In this document: positions 39,729 to 49,817 of the stretch, in pieces
Numbering within the stretch: the first letter of the stretch is position 1
Layout of the letters: each line of letters opens with the position of its first letter
Source: Candidatus Obscuribacterales bacterium
Lineage (GTDB): Bacteria; Cyanobacteriota; Vampirovibrionia; Obscuribacterales; Obscuribacteraceae
Direction of reading: 5' to 3'
DNA length: 64,000 nucleotides
NCBI GenBank assembly: GCA_965228855.1
Contig: CBDDIJ010000002.1
Coordinates: 1,056,001 to 1,120,000 of the forward strand
Translations under genes and position numbers: made by a program
Notes under the pieces: model-generated
Databases searched by the model: none
Seen by the model: the letters and a program-made list of their open reading frames with translations, nothing else
What the model was told of the DNA's origin: nothing

Positions 39729-39782
39729 TTGGCTACGCGTGAATGACGCTTTTTCGAAAATCCGGCAACGAGGCGTAGGCAA
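39729..39782 (+). repeat. 54-bp palindromic repeat, copy 5 (direct repeat of copy 4, 145-bp period)
   Basis: Identical to copy 4 except one base (GTAGGCAA). Confidence 0.92.
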
Positions 39783-39941
39783 AATGGCTTTTGCGCGCCT
39801 CGAGGTTGCTATGCGAATGCCTGAAACGTACTGCCCAAGCGGGTTAACGCAGAAGTAGGGCTATGCAAGAATATAGTAGACGATATGGGGAGGTTCGGGA
39901 TGGTGGTATATTCGTTTGGTTCTGATCATTGGGTGAGGTTT

Positions 39942-40346
39942 ATGCCCAAAATTTTGGTGGTCGAAGACAGTCCGATTAACCAGAAGGTGATGACCTACTT
40001 CCTCGAATCCAAGGGTTTCGAGTGCGACCTGGCAACGAGTGGGGCTCAGGCTTTGACGCTCGTTCATACTAACGAATATGACTTGATCTTCCTCGATTTG
40101 CGCATTCCGAATCTTGACGGTTTCTCTGCTGCTCGTGCCATTCGCGAGACGGGCTGCACCGTTCCCATCATCGCGGTGACGGCGAGCGCCATGCCCGAGG
40201 ATGAGAAGAATGCGATGGAGTCAGGCATGAATGCGTTTATGACTAAGCCGTTCTCGCGGGCGGATTTCGATTCGGCAATCGCAATGTGGCTCAAGCCGAG
40301 GCAAGGGACTGAAACCGAGTCTGCCGGCTCGATGGCGGATAGTTAG
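39942..40346 (+). CDS. Single-domain response regulator (CheY-like receiver)
   Basis: ILVVEDSPINQ, DLIFLDLRIPNLDG, IIAVTA, KPF. Confidence 0.92.
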   Translation: MPKILVVEDSPINQKVMTYFLESKGFECDLATSGAQALTLVHTNEYDLIFLDLRIPNLDGFSAARAIRETGCTVPIIAVTASAMPEDEKNAMESGMNAFMTKPFSRADFDSAIAMWLKPRQGTETESAGSMADS

Positions 40347-40435
40347 CCGTCTCTTTGAAGCAGTTCCAGGTCTAATTAAGGATCTAAACAGATTGCGCCC
40401 GAATTGCTAAACTCAATTACGTCAATAAAGCGTTT

Positions 40436-41020
40436 GTGGGAGTTGCGGTTTTGTGGACTAGATTTTTTGAAAGTTCTTGGCCGCAATGTACGTTGCGTAA
40501 ACCGGCTTCCCAGGAACTTCTCGAGAAGTGCGAAGACGAGCTGAATGTTTCGATTCCGCTGCCGCTTCAACAGCTCCTCCGTGAGACTAACGGAGTAGCC
40601 GATCCAAATAATGAGTGCTTGATCTTCTCTGTAGAGGAGATGCTCGAATGCACAGAGGATATGTGGTTCAACACCGACTACGAGCAGCGCTTCCAGCCGT
40701 TCGTAAGTCTTTTGTTTTTCGGAACCGATGCTAGCGACAATCTATTCGCTTATCCAATACTCGGAGATAGACCGGACAAGAGCAAGGTGTTCAAATGGCG
40801 TCGCGACAACGACAGTCGCATGTATTATGCAGATGGTTTGGAGCAGTACTTCTACAAGCGCTGGAAGTGTCTTGAACAGAGCGATCCATCTCTTTGGGAT
40901 CAGAAATTGTCGTGCAAGGATTTTGATGACTACAAAACATTTATCACCGGTGGTGGTGGCGCGGACTTTTCGCCCGACTTCGCGCCGGATAGCTCCACGC
41001 CCGGGTCAATGAGCGGTTAG
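40436..41020 (+). CDS. SMI1/KNR4 (SUKH) family protein
   Basis: PASQE.LE.CE.EL.V.IP..L..LL.ETNG, FFG.D..DN.F; start uncertain. Confidence 0.8.
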   Translation: MGVAVLWTRFFESSWPQCTLRKPASQELLEKCEDELNVSIPLPLQQLLRETNGVADPNNECLIFSVEEMLECTEDMWFNTDYEQRFQPFVSLLFFGTDASDNLFAYPILGDRPDKSKVFKWRRDNDSRMYYADGLEQYFYKRWKCLEQSDPSLWDQKLSCKDFDDYKTFITGGGGADFSPDFAPDSSTPGSMSG

Positions 41021-41038
41021 CTCGAAAGTGGTTAATGT

Positions 41039-41986
41039 TTAGTCTCTAGGATTGAAAGGTCCGGATGGGGGAATCGGCGTGAAGGTTGTCGATGAGTCCC
41101 ATTGATTGATCATCGGCAAACTCACTGAACCGCCAGCCTGGAAGTCTCCCAGCATATTGCGACCGGCAAATCCGTTCCAGAACGGTCGTTGCAAAACACT
41201 TCCGTTCGACGTGATCGTTCCCGGCGCAGTTATCGCCTCACCTGGCTTGCTTTGCCATGTATAGCTGTATGACGGGGCGGAAATAATTGTTGGTTGCGAG
41301 TAGCCCGTACCATACATGCCACCGCCGAAGCCACCATAACCACCATAGCCACCGTAACCACCATATCCGTAAAATGGGTTCCTGTAGCCCATTCCGAAGC
41401 CACCGAAGTTTAGCCCGAAACCGCCCCGACCAAAACCAAATCCACCCCCGCCGAAACCAAAACCGCCATAGCCCATTCCGCCGAATCCGCCATAACCCCA
41501 GGGACCAAAGCCTCCCATCATGAACGGATTCATGAATTGCGGTTCGGTATAAACTGACGGCAGATACGGGTTAAACGAGGGACCTGAGGGCTGTTGAATC
41601 ACCACGCCGCCGTACATCGGCTCATACGTTTGAGTGAAAGTGGTGCCTTGTTGCTGAATAGGCGGAGCGCCGCGATTAATGAGCGGCACCAGATTGCCGC
41701 TAGGCGTCATTTGAAAACCGTTATCGATCAGCTGCTTCTCGGTCAGACGCGGGCGTTCCAGATTGCTCGGCTTCTTCCGCCGCGCCTCTTCCTCGTTCCA
41801 TTTGTCCAGGTCGACGACTTCTTCCATAAACATGTTGCCGTCGTTGCCCTGAATCACTTCGCCAGGACCGCCCTGCGAGGGCGTGATTTCGTTTGCTGCC
41901 TGCGCCGAGTATGATGCTGCCACCATTGCGACGAAAGACGCGAGAATCGAATTTCTCCAGGCTCTGGACCGTTTGATTGCCAACAT
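41039..41986 (-). CDS. Exported Gly/aromatic-rich low-complexity protein
   Basis: Signal peptide (AQA); GGFG/GYGG repeats. Confidence 0.75.
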   Translation of the reverse strand: MLAIKRSRAWRNSILASFVAMVAASYSAQAANEITPSQGGPGEVIQGNDGNMFMEEVVDLDKWNEEEARRKKPSNLERPRLTEKQLIDNGFQMTPSGNLVPLINRGAPPIQQQGTTFTQTYEPMYGGVVIQQPSGPSFNPYLPSVYTEPQFMNPFMMGGFGPWGYGGFGGMGYGGFGFGGGGFGFGRGGFGLNFGGFGMGYRNPFYGYGGYGGYGGYGGFGGGMYGTGYSQPTIISAPSYSYTWQSKPGEAITAPGTITSNGSVLQRPFWNGFAGRNMLGDFQAGGSVSLPMINQWDSSTTFTPIPPSGPFNPRD

Positions 41987-42117
41987 ATGAACTCCATTTG
42001 CCCGAATTGGTTCCGCCGAGCATTTTAATTTTAGCCGACTAAACCGTAGACCGCACCGGCGACTGAGCGTGACTGTTAAGACAGTATTGGACGGTCGCCA
42101 AGTAGTTGCGTCAATCC

Positions 42118-43737
42118 CTAATAACTTCCGGAAAACAAAAGAGTTCTAACTTTTTCCGCTTCGGTCTGCTGATTGTTCAATTCGTAAGAAGCCTGAAGGA
42201 GATCAAGAATTAGCTGTCGATTCGCAACGGGCGTTTGGCTGTTCATTCGCAGTTTTGCGAGTTCCAATAATGTAATGGCTTTCGCGATCTCGTTCTTCTT
42301 CAACGCTGCGCGCCCACCTTTCAGAGCCGTTCTGCATGAGCTCTGACGAATTTGTTCATCTTCCGGTCTAAATTTAAGTGCCTTCTCGAAGATTGAATTA
42401 GATTGCTCCCAAACGTTCATTCTCTCAAGATCTCGGGCGGTTGACAAATCTCTGTCAAAGTCAATTCCGCGAGTTCGGATATCGACCTCGTCCTTCTTTA
42501 TCCGAGCGTCTGAACTGGCAACGCTTTTCTGAGCCGCCGCCACTTTGGTCGCGTGTAATTCTCTCTTCTTCGTATCGTCGATGATTGCGTTCATCGCATT
42601 TATATCCGGCGCGGTGAGTTTCTCTAGCAGAGGTACTTGAAGCTGGAAGTACATGATGGTGTTTGGGTCAGGTAGGTGATCGGCGCCCAGGGCGTGCCCG
42701 ATTTCGTGAAGCGCCACGTTCTTCAGGTATTGTTGTCGAAAGGCAGGTTGGCTCGAACTTCGGTAAGTAAGTATGCGAATTTTGGCATGTTTCCTGGAGA
42801 GAGACCCATCCCATGTGCTCTGACACGTCCCAATTGCGTCTTTGCTTTTGGCGCCTAGTTTGTCCGGATGGTCCACCCATTCGCAGTCAATAGACGCTTC
42901 ACTTGCAGTTGGCACAAAGGCGAATTTTATACGATTACCCATTGTGCTCTGCCACATTTGAAACGACGCTACCAGGGCGCTTCTGTCGCCTTTAGCATAT
43001 CCGGGAATCTTCAAGCAACTGCTCTCGGTTGGTATAAAGACTTTCAGTGGAAACTTGGCTGTACCCCATCTAGCCTCCTTTTCGAACACTTCATCTTTAG
43101 CTTCGGACAGTGCTTGTTCGAGCGTTTTCTGATTCGCTGATCGAATGACTTTCTCTCTGGCGATTCTTTCTAGTGCTTGTTGAATTTCTTCGGCGGTCAT
43201 ATCCTCTCTAGGAGGCAATGTCGGCGGAGGGTGTACGAGTTTGTCGAGGCTGTAAATTCGCTGTTTGATTTGGATAATCGCGTGATGAGCCGGATAGGTT
43301 TTCTCTATGGAGCGAAGGGATTCCAATGCGCTTTCCTTGCGACTGAAGCGGATCTTCAGTAAGGCTTGCAGCAAAACAACATCGTCGCGCGGAGGCGTTG
43401 CCGAGCCTTTTGTCGCTCGTTTCGCGAGACCGTTCGAAAGAAACTCTAAACTTTCCGCGCTCGCTAGAAGTGGGTCACTGGAAGCGTTTCGCATTGCATA
43501 CATCAACCATTGATCGACCTCGTCCAGCCTGTTTCTCTTTATGCATTCGAGTGTCTTTCTCAAGACCTGCCATGTCACTTCTGGGTTCTTCTCAGCGGTG
43601 GTCTCTTCCATGAAGACCCGTCCATCAGGGTTCTCAATTACATTTCGTGCACAGGCCGCCGCTGAACTGCATGCGATAAACGCCACCGCTAGTAGTGTCG
43701 CGGAGGCTGTTGTTGAAGCGCGAAGGGACCCGTCCAT
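42118..43737 (-). CDS. Exported matrixin-like (metzincin) metalloprotease with helical/TPR-like regions
   Basis: HEIGHALGADH..DP..IMY Met-turn; signal-like N-terminus. Confidence 0.85.
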   Translation of the reverse strand: MDGSLRASTTASATLLAVAFIACSSAAACARNVIENPDGRVFMEETTAEKNPEVTWQVLRKTLECIKRNRLDEVDQWLMYAMRNASSDPLLASAESLEFLSNGLAKRATKGSATPPRDDVVLLQALLKIRFSRKESALESLRSIEKTYPAHHAIIQIKQRIYSLDKLVHPPPTLPPREDMTAEEIQQALERIAREKVIRSANQKTLEQALSEAKDEVFEKEARWGTAKFPLKVFIPTESSCLKIPGYAKGDRSALVASFQMWQSTMGNRIKFAFVPTASEASIDCEWVDHPDKLGAKSKDAIGTCQSTWDGSLSRKHAKIRILTYRSSSQPAFRQQYLKNVALHEIGHALGADHLPDPNTIMYFQLQVPLLEKLTAPDINAMNAIIDDTKKRELHATKVAAAQKSVASSDARIKKDEVDIRTRGIDFDRDLSTARDLERMNVWEQSNSIFEKALKFRPEDEQIRQSSCRTALKGGRAALKKNEIAKAITLLELAKLRMNSQTPVANRQLILDLLQASYELNNQQTEAEKVRTLLFSGSY

Positions 43738-43740
43738 TGT

Positions 43741-44886
43741 TCAATCCTGGTTTGGCTGCGGTTCCGTGCCTGTGTTTTGCGCATCTGACTGATCGTAGGG
43801 AATCGAATCAACGTTGATTTGCTCCGGCGCTTCTACACCAGGCACCGCCCCTGGAACGCTTTGAATGACCGAAGCTGCACCATTGGGTTGCGAAACCGTC
43901 GAGCCGGCCGCGTAGCCGTTCATATTCGCATCGTCTGCCCGCTGTCCTTCTGTCGGCGCCGAGCTTGGAGCTGTGGGCGTGGCGGCGTACGCCGGCTGAC
44001 CCTTGATGGACGCTATCAAATTGTCGAGAATCGCTTTGGTCGAGTCGAACATGTCTTTTGGAAGATCGACCGTCACGGTCTTTGTCATCCCCATTTTGCC
44101 TGCTGTGACCTCGGCTACCGGCTTTTCTCCTACCTTCACGAGCGACTCGAGAAGATTGACCCAGAGAGTCTTTGCGAGAACTTGCAGACCGGTGATTTTT
44201 GAAACCTGATAGTCGCCGTTGGGACGGTTTAAAAATTCGAAGCTGACCTTTTTGTTGAAACTTATCTTGGGCACGTCTTTTGAACCAACGTCTTTGACGT
44301 ACTTTTGTTCCAAACTCACCTCAACGACGTCCTTATCCGGGAGCATGAAAACAGCAATTTTATTGACGCATGCCTGCTTCATCTGCTTGGTGACTGATTC
44401 TCCGAAGGACAGCGGATCAATTGTTTTGTAATGTTTTCCCAGTTCGTCGAACGCGTGTGCAAGTTCGTCATCATTTATCGCGAGGCGCGCGTAAGCCGCC
44501 TTCGCCTCCTGCAGCTGGGCATCAGCCTTTTCGTAATCGCCTTTCTGGCAGTAGCATTGCCCGAGCTTTTTGTTTGCAATTGCCGTCATGCGATCTTTTG
44601 CGTTTTGATCGGCATCCACACGCGAAATCTGAGTCAGCGCCCGCTTGAACATGCTGATGGCTGGCGTCTCTTTGCCGTCGGTCAACATTGTTGTCCCGTC
44701 GCCGATCATCTTGCTCCACTTCGCGTCGGTAGATTGAAGGAACGCCTGCTCATCTTGCGAAATCCCTAACGGTGCCGATATTGGCGCGGTAGGTTCTGTT
44801 TGCGAATCCGCGAATGCGGCTTGATTGAAAGTGAAAAGGGCTAGGGACAAAGATGCGGCTAGGAGGAACTCACGGCGTTTTTTCAT
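43741..44886 (-). CDS. Exported hypothetical protein with TPR-like region
   Basis: Signal peptide (AFA), LGQCYCQKGDYEKA. Confidence 0.75.
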   Translation of the reverse strand: MKKRREFLLAASLSLALFTFNQAAFADSQTEPTAPISAPLGISQDEQAFLQSTDAKWSKMIGDGTTMLTDGKETPAISMFKRALTQISRVDADQNAKDRMTAIANKKLGQCYCQKGDYEKADAQLQEAKAAYARLAINDDELAHAFDELGKHYKTIDPLSFGESVTKQMKQACVNKIAVFMLPDKDVVEVSLEQKYVKDVGSKDVPKISFNKKVSFEFLNRPNGDYQVSKITGLQVLAKTLWVNLLESLVKVGEKPVAEVTAGKMGMTKTVTVDLPKDMFDSTKAILDNLIASIKGQPAYAATPTAPSSAPTEGQRADDANMNGYAAGSTVSQPNGAASVIQSVPGAVPGVEAPEQINVDSIPYDQSDAQNTGTEPQPNQD

Positions 44887-45499
44887 ATAATATCCATCCG
44901 AAAACTCACAGATACTCTACCCGGATTTTCAAGGTATTCCGAAGGTTTCAACTACCGCGAGATTAATTCCCTGGGAGCGTCGGCTGGGCATGGTTCTCAG
45001 TCCGATTACGCGGGTGTTTTGATCTTATAAATATCGAAAGCGCTCGTTTGGTGAGAGATCTTTTGGACTGAAATCATGACGCCAGTCATTCAGGTCTATC
45101 TAAAGCAGGCTACCGAGTGGTAACTTTGGGCACACATCATCTCTTTTATTTCTAGGGACGAAACACCACCAGCGCTTCAACCAAACGCTCAGATAGTTTT
45201 TTGCTGCAATTTTTGCGGTGAAAACAGCAACGCCTGTCGCCAGCCAATAGCTGAAGACCGAGATGATGTGCTTTTCGGCGCTCGGCGCCCAGGTGTTCCG
45301 CTAGTGTCGTTCGAGAAGACGTATTCGCGAGTGCCACTGAAGGCGGTGCCGTGTCGAAGTGGGTGTGGTGATTGCTTCGTGAAAAACCGTCGAGGCGATG
45401 ATGATTTGGCGGTGCTTGCGCGGGCGGTGTAGCCCGTTGCGAAGTGCCGCTTGCAGCATTACGCGTCAGCGTATTAACTCCTTTTCGAAAGGGAAAGCC

Positions 45500-46630
45500 A
45501 TGAAGAGAGCGCAAATTCTCTTGATTCTTGCAGTTTGCTTCGGCGTCTCAAATGCCGAGGCGAAGGGACCGGGCGGCCAGCATGGAGGCGGCCAGGTTCA
45601 CCATGGAGGTGGGAACGGACCTCGTGTGCAGCCGCATGTTCCGCGCGTGCAGCCGAACATCCCGCGGACGCAGCCGCATGTTCCGCGCGTGCAGCCGAAC
45701 ATCCCGCGGACGCAGCCGCATGTTCCGCGCGTGCAGCCGAACATCCCGCGTGTGCAGCCGCATGTTCCGCGCGTGCAGCCGAACATCCCGCGGACGCAGC
45801 CGCATGTTCCGCGCGTGCAGCCGAATATTCCGCGCACGCAACCGCATGTTCCCCGCGTGCAGCCGAATATTCCGCGCACGCAACCGCATGTTCCCCGCGT
45901 GCAGCCGAACATCCCGCGCACGCAGCCGCATGTTCCGCACGTGCAGCCGAACATTCCGCGCCCGCAGCCGCAGGTTCCGCACGTGCAGCCGAACATCCCG
46001 CGCCAGCAGCCGAATGTTCCGCGCGTGCAGCCGAACATCCCGCGCCAGCAGCCGCATGTTCCGCACGTGCAGCCGAATCTGCCGAATCGCCTTCCGCACA
46101 ATTTGCCTCCAGTCCACGTGGGGCGCCCGAATCAGATTCCGCAAAATGTGCGTCCGTATCCGGTTCGCTGCGTGCCTGATCGGCAGCCGGTGCATTACCG
46201 AAACTATCGCCCGCCCGTCGTGCAGAACAATTTCTGTGCGCCTGTCTACGGTCGATACACCGGTCGGTACAATTCGCCGGTGAGAAACAGTTTGTTTAAC
46301 ACCGGGTTCTGGTTTGGCGGAACGTGTTATTCCGCAAACCCGTACTTTTCGTACGGCAACTACTGTCCGACCAGCTGGTTTTACTTCGGTAACAACTGCT
46401 GGTTTCGACCGGGTAGTGGTTACTCTTATTCGCCTCCAATCGGCTTCAACGACACCATCACGGTCGTCGTCGAAGAGCAGTACACCGAGATGGAGCTAGA
46501 CCCGTTTCTCGGCATTGAAGTGCCGGTGACCAAGACAGTCACCTGGTATTACAACGCCTACTACGACGCAGGAACGGGTTGGTACGGGTACACCGACTGT
46601 CATGGTCAATTCCATTGGCTTCAGTGGTAG
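45500..46630 (+). CDS. Exported Pro/Gln/Arg-rich heptad-repeat protein with aromatic/Cys-rich C-domain
   Basis: Signal peptide (AEA) after ATG at 45500; PRVQPNI/PRTQPHV repeats. Confidence 0.8.
   Translation: MKRAQILLILAVCFGVSNAEAKGPGGQHGGGQVHHGGGNGPRVQPHVPRVQPNIPRTQPHVPRVQPNIPRTQPHVPRVQPNIPRVQPHVPRVQPNIPRTQPHVPRVQPNIPRTQPHVPRVQPNIPRTQPHVPRVQPNIPRTQPHVPHVQPNIPRPQPQVPHVQPNIPRQQPNVPRVQPNIPRQQPHVPHVQPNLPNRLPHNLPPVHVGRPNQIPQNVRPYPVRCVPDRQPVHYRNYRPPVVQNNFCAPVYGRYTGRYNSPVRNSLFNTGFWFGGTCYSANPYFSYGNYCPTSWFYFGNNCWFRPGSGYSYSPPIGFNDTITVVVEEQYTEMELDPFLGIEVPVTKTVTWYYNAYYDAGTGWYGYTDCHGQFHWLQW
45620..46081 (+). repeat. Coding tandem repeat, 22 x 21 bp with 42-bp higher-order period
   Basis: CCGCGCGTGCAGCCGAACATC alternating with CCGCGGACGCAGCCGCATGTT. 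Confidence 0.92.
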
Positions 46631-46697
46631 TGGCGCTTGTGGTGTCACTTCGCTGCGCGGAGACGTTTCTACGCGTTTGAGGTGACTGGAAAACAGC

Positions 46698-46740
46698 GCA
46701 TCCCGAGCGGTTCTTCATTGAGCCGCTCGGGATGCCTTTT
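46698..46740 (+). terminator. Intrinsic terminator
   Basis: GCATCCCGAGCGG/CCGCTCGGGATGC stem followed by CTTTT. Confidence 0.75.
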
Positions 46741-47130
46741 GCCTTCTTCACTTTCTTACCTTTTTGCACCATTTTCTGTTAAAGCAGTCCTGATCTGATG
46801 GTCAGGGTTTAAACATATGCTGCCGCACCATTTAATCACGCAGCCGGAGGGCGTCTAATCCCAGGGCTGATTTATCGCGGCAGATTGGGTCGCTCAATCC
46901 GCGCTACGGCAATCCGATATTGGATCAAAGAAACCGACACGAAAGTATGCTTCCTATAAATGCAGGATTAGCTTCAGTGATCACTTCCTGCTCAGGCTGC
47001 GGGAACATGAATGGAAGTGTTTCGGTCATAAGTCAAGTCAAGTGTGCAGGCTTTACTTAGAGGCGAGCCGTTTGCTACTTTAGTACGATAAGCAGTAATG
47101 GCATTGGTATCAATTCGTATCGGGGGAAAC

Positions 47131-48105
47131 ATGAAGAGAACTCGCTTTCTTTGCTGGACTTTATCTCTTGTCGCCAGTATGGCCTTTTGCGCGCAGCCTG
47201 GCGATGCCGCCGCCACCAAAGCTGAAAAAACTGAGCAATGGGGCTCGGAAACGATCGCGGTGCGCGCGAATCTAGCCGCTCAAGCCCTGAAGGATAAGAA
47301 GTACCAGAGCGCGATTTCACACTTCCGTGCTTTGATCGGCTTGGACCGAAACAACGAAGATTTTTATCTTGGATTGTACGTCGCTAGTGATAAAGGCGAT
47401 CAACCTGGACAAGCCGTAATGGCTCTGGAGGAGCTTTTCGATAAGAAGCCCGAACTGAAGGCAACTTATGCAAAAGAGTTTGTGGATGCGTTGAAAAAAG
47501 CCAACCGTGAGGCGCCTGAAGTTAAGGCTGCGGAAAAGCTCGTAAAAAGCGACTCGCCGGACAACCTCGCCGAGAAGAAGGTTGATGAGTTAGTCGAAAA
47601 AAGTTTGTACGAAGAGATTTATGTCGAGCCCAAGAAGTTAGAGCCGGTTAAACGCGTTGAGCTCGATGCCGACGAGGTTCACCTCGAGAAAACGCGCAAA
47701 GCGCTTACATACGAAACGGCATTTGCTCAGTCGGAGAATATCGTAGTCGCTGAGTTCATCGGATACGACAAGAATAAGCCGATTACCTACTACACCCCAC
47801 CGAAGGCTCATTACAAAATCACTGAGTATCTCAAGGGCGCTCCATTCAACAAAGCACTTCCGATCAAGTATGAGTTCCACGATAAGATTGTCGGCGAAGA
47901 AAAGCCCGCAGACTGGAAGTTTGATGAGGTCGCGCTGATGCCCAAGAAAGGGTCAAAGTGGATTATGTTCATTCCGACAGCCGTTCCGCTGGATGGAATG
48001 CTGGAAACCTTCCATGGCAAATATGGACGTCAGGAGTTTAACGAAGCGAACTACGACGAGATTCAGCGAATAATTCAGGAGCACCGGGGCGCTACCAAGT
48101 TCTAA
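47131..48105 (+). CDS. Exported hypothetical protein with N-terminal TPR-like region
   Basis: Signal peptide, KKYQSAISHFRALI; GGGGG RBS. Confidence 0.75.
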   Translation: MKRTRFLCWTLSLVASMAFCAQPGDAAATKAEKTEQWGSETIAVRANLAAQALKDKKYQSAISHFRALIGLDRNNEDFYLGLYVASDKGDQPGQAVMALEELFDKKPELKATYAKEFVDALKKANREAPEVKAAEKLVKSDSPDNLAEKKVDELVEKSLYEEIYVEPKKLEPVKRVELDADEVHLEKTRKALTYETAFAQSENIVVAEFIGYDKNKPITYYTPPKAHYKITEYLKGAPFNKALPIKYEFHDKIVGEEKPADWKFDEVALMPKKGSKWIMFIPTAVPLDGMLETFHGKYGRQEFNEANYDEIQRIIQEHRGATKF

Positions 48106-48147
48106 TCGCGTTACGGCCTTCTTTGTTATCCTTGCGCTGCTCGTACC

Positions 48148-49817
48148 TTAGCGAGCCGTTGCATCGTCGAGTTTACTTGCACCATCGCGGTAGTTCGCTT
48201 CGTCGCGTACATTCTCTCCGTCGCTTGCTGCTGCGTCGCGTACTTCTAACTTCTCGGTGCTTGTCTTGATGACGCGCTTGAGTTCAGGTTGAAAGATTTC
48301 CGCTGACAGGCTTAGCATTCCCGCCTGGCGAGGCGTAACTTCACAAGAAAACGATGCCGTGCCGTCCTGACGGTAATCTCTCGATTTCTCATTAAACTCG
48401 AGTTGCGATCCCTGCCATCTGAGATCTAGACCAGGAGCCAGGTTTTTCACTGCAGCGATCACTTGCATCGGTTTCCCAAAATCGACCTGTCCTTCAGGCT
48501 TGACCAGTTTTATAACCGGCTCTTGTACGGAAATTGGAATTGTCCGCTCGGCAACGACTCGATCGTTGCTTTTGTTGAGAATTTGAATTCGCACGGAGAA
48601 TTCGCCCGGTGGTGATGAGTCGGGAGCGATGTATGTGCAGCTATTCAATTCATCCGGATCGCCGACGATTGCGCCTTTTGAGCGCCACTCGACACCTGGG
48701 CGCAATGAGCCGAACGCATTACCTCTCGAAATAACAGATCCATCATTTTTGATCAGATTCCAAACCGTTTTATAGTGTTTCGCACCTTTAACTTCGATGA
48801 ATAGTCGAGTTTCGGAAGCCGCGAAGATTGGCTTTTCATCAGTGAAGTGAACGGACACCGGTCCGCTGAATCGGTTTCCTCAAACAGAGGCGCTAATTTT
48901 GCGAATGATTGTTTGCGGCAGAATTCCAGGTTCTCAAAATCTTTACTGAATGCGAAGGCGACCTTTTCATCAGGATTGTCGTACAGGTCCGCCTGCTCGA
49001 ATTGTTTTTGTTTGACTAAAATCTCTTTGATTCGTGACTTGATTTCGTTCGATGCCGGGATTGGTTGTGATGCGGCTGCGTTCCATCCAACCCGCATGAG
49101 AAGCAGATTGTAGTAACGGAGTGCAGACTCATAATCTCCCTGATCGTAAAAGGTATTCGCTAAGATGTTGAGATAAACTGGTTCTTCGCTTCGCGCAAGA
49201 GGCTCTTGGGCAACGCCTTCTCGCATTTTTTTCCCCAGTTGAATCAGGGCAGAGTGGAGATTGTATTCTTTGAACAAGGTGAGAGTGTCGGTGGCGGCAG
49301 CATGTGTCAATGACGATGAAAACGACATGTATTGCGGCTGTGTATCGATCAAGTTTTGCAAGCAGTCATTCAATATTTGAGTTGATGCGTGGAGTGCGTT
49401 AGTTTCTGCACCTAAGTGCATGATCGCTTTTCTGCACTCGGGGGCTGACTTTCCGTCGGCTTGATGTTGAGTAAGAAGGAGAGCTTCTCGATAAAAATGG
49501 AGCGCTCTGGGCGTGTCTCCAGTCGCATCGTAGGCTCGCGCAAGTCCAAGAGTGACCTCTATAGTCGTGGAGCGAGGTAGACGAGCCATTTTTGTTAATC
49601 CGATCGCCGCTCGAAAGCTCTTTATCGCGGCGTCCGGCTCTTGTGGGAGGTGTTTTTTGCCTTCCGCCGCCAGCGCCTGGAACCGGTCATGAGTCGTCCA
49701 ACCTGTTGCCGGTTGCGAGATCGCAGTTGTAATCACAAAAGCAAGCAGCAGTGTGCACGAGCGTTTTCGCGCTAGTTGGTTGTATTGGTTGCTTTTGCAG
49801 CTTGCTCTGTTACCCAT
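48148..49817 (-). CDS. Probable single exported TPR + beta-sandwich protein split by a frameshift near 48860 (ORFs 48753-49817 and 48148-48858)
   Basis: Two same-strand ORFs overlap by 106 bp; first has signal peptide and TPRs, second is beta-rich (CTYIAP) and lacks an RBS. Confidence 0.6.

Noticed and set aside
39584..39782. 54-bp repeats as CRISPR repeats or integron attC sites
   Set aside because: At most two in tandem, a 91-bp gap, no cas or intI gene, and no RYYYAAC/GTTRRRY core ends.
45620..46081. Possible CRISPR array
   Set aside because: Contiguous 21-bp in-frame coding repeats with no unique spacers, and no cas genes.
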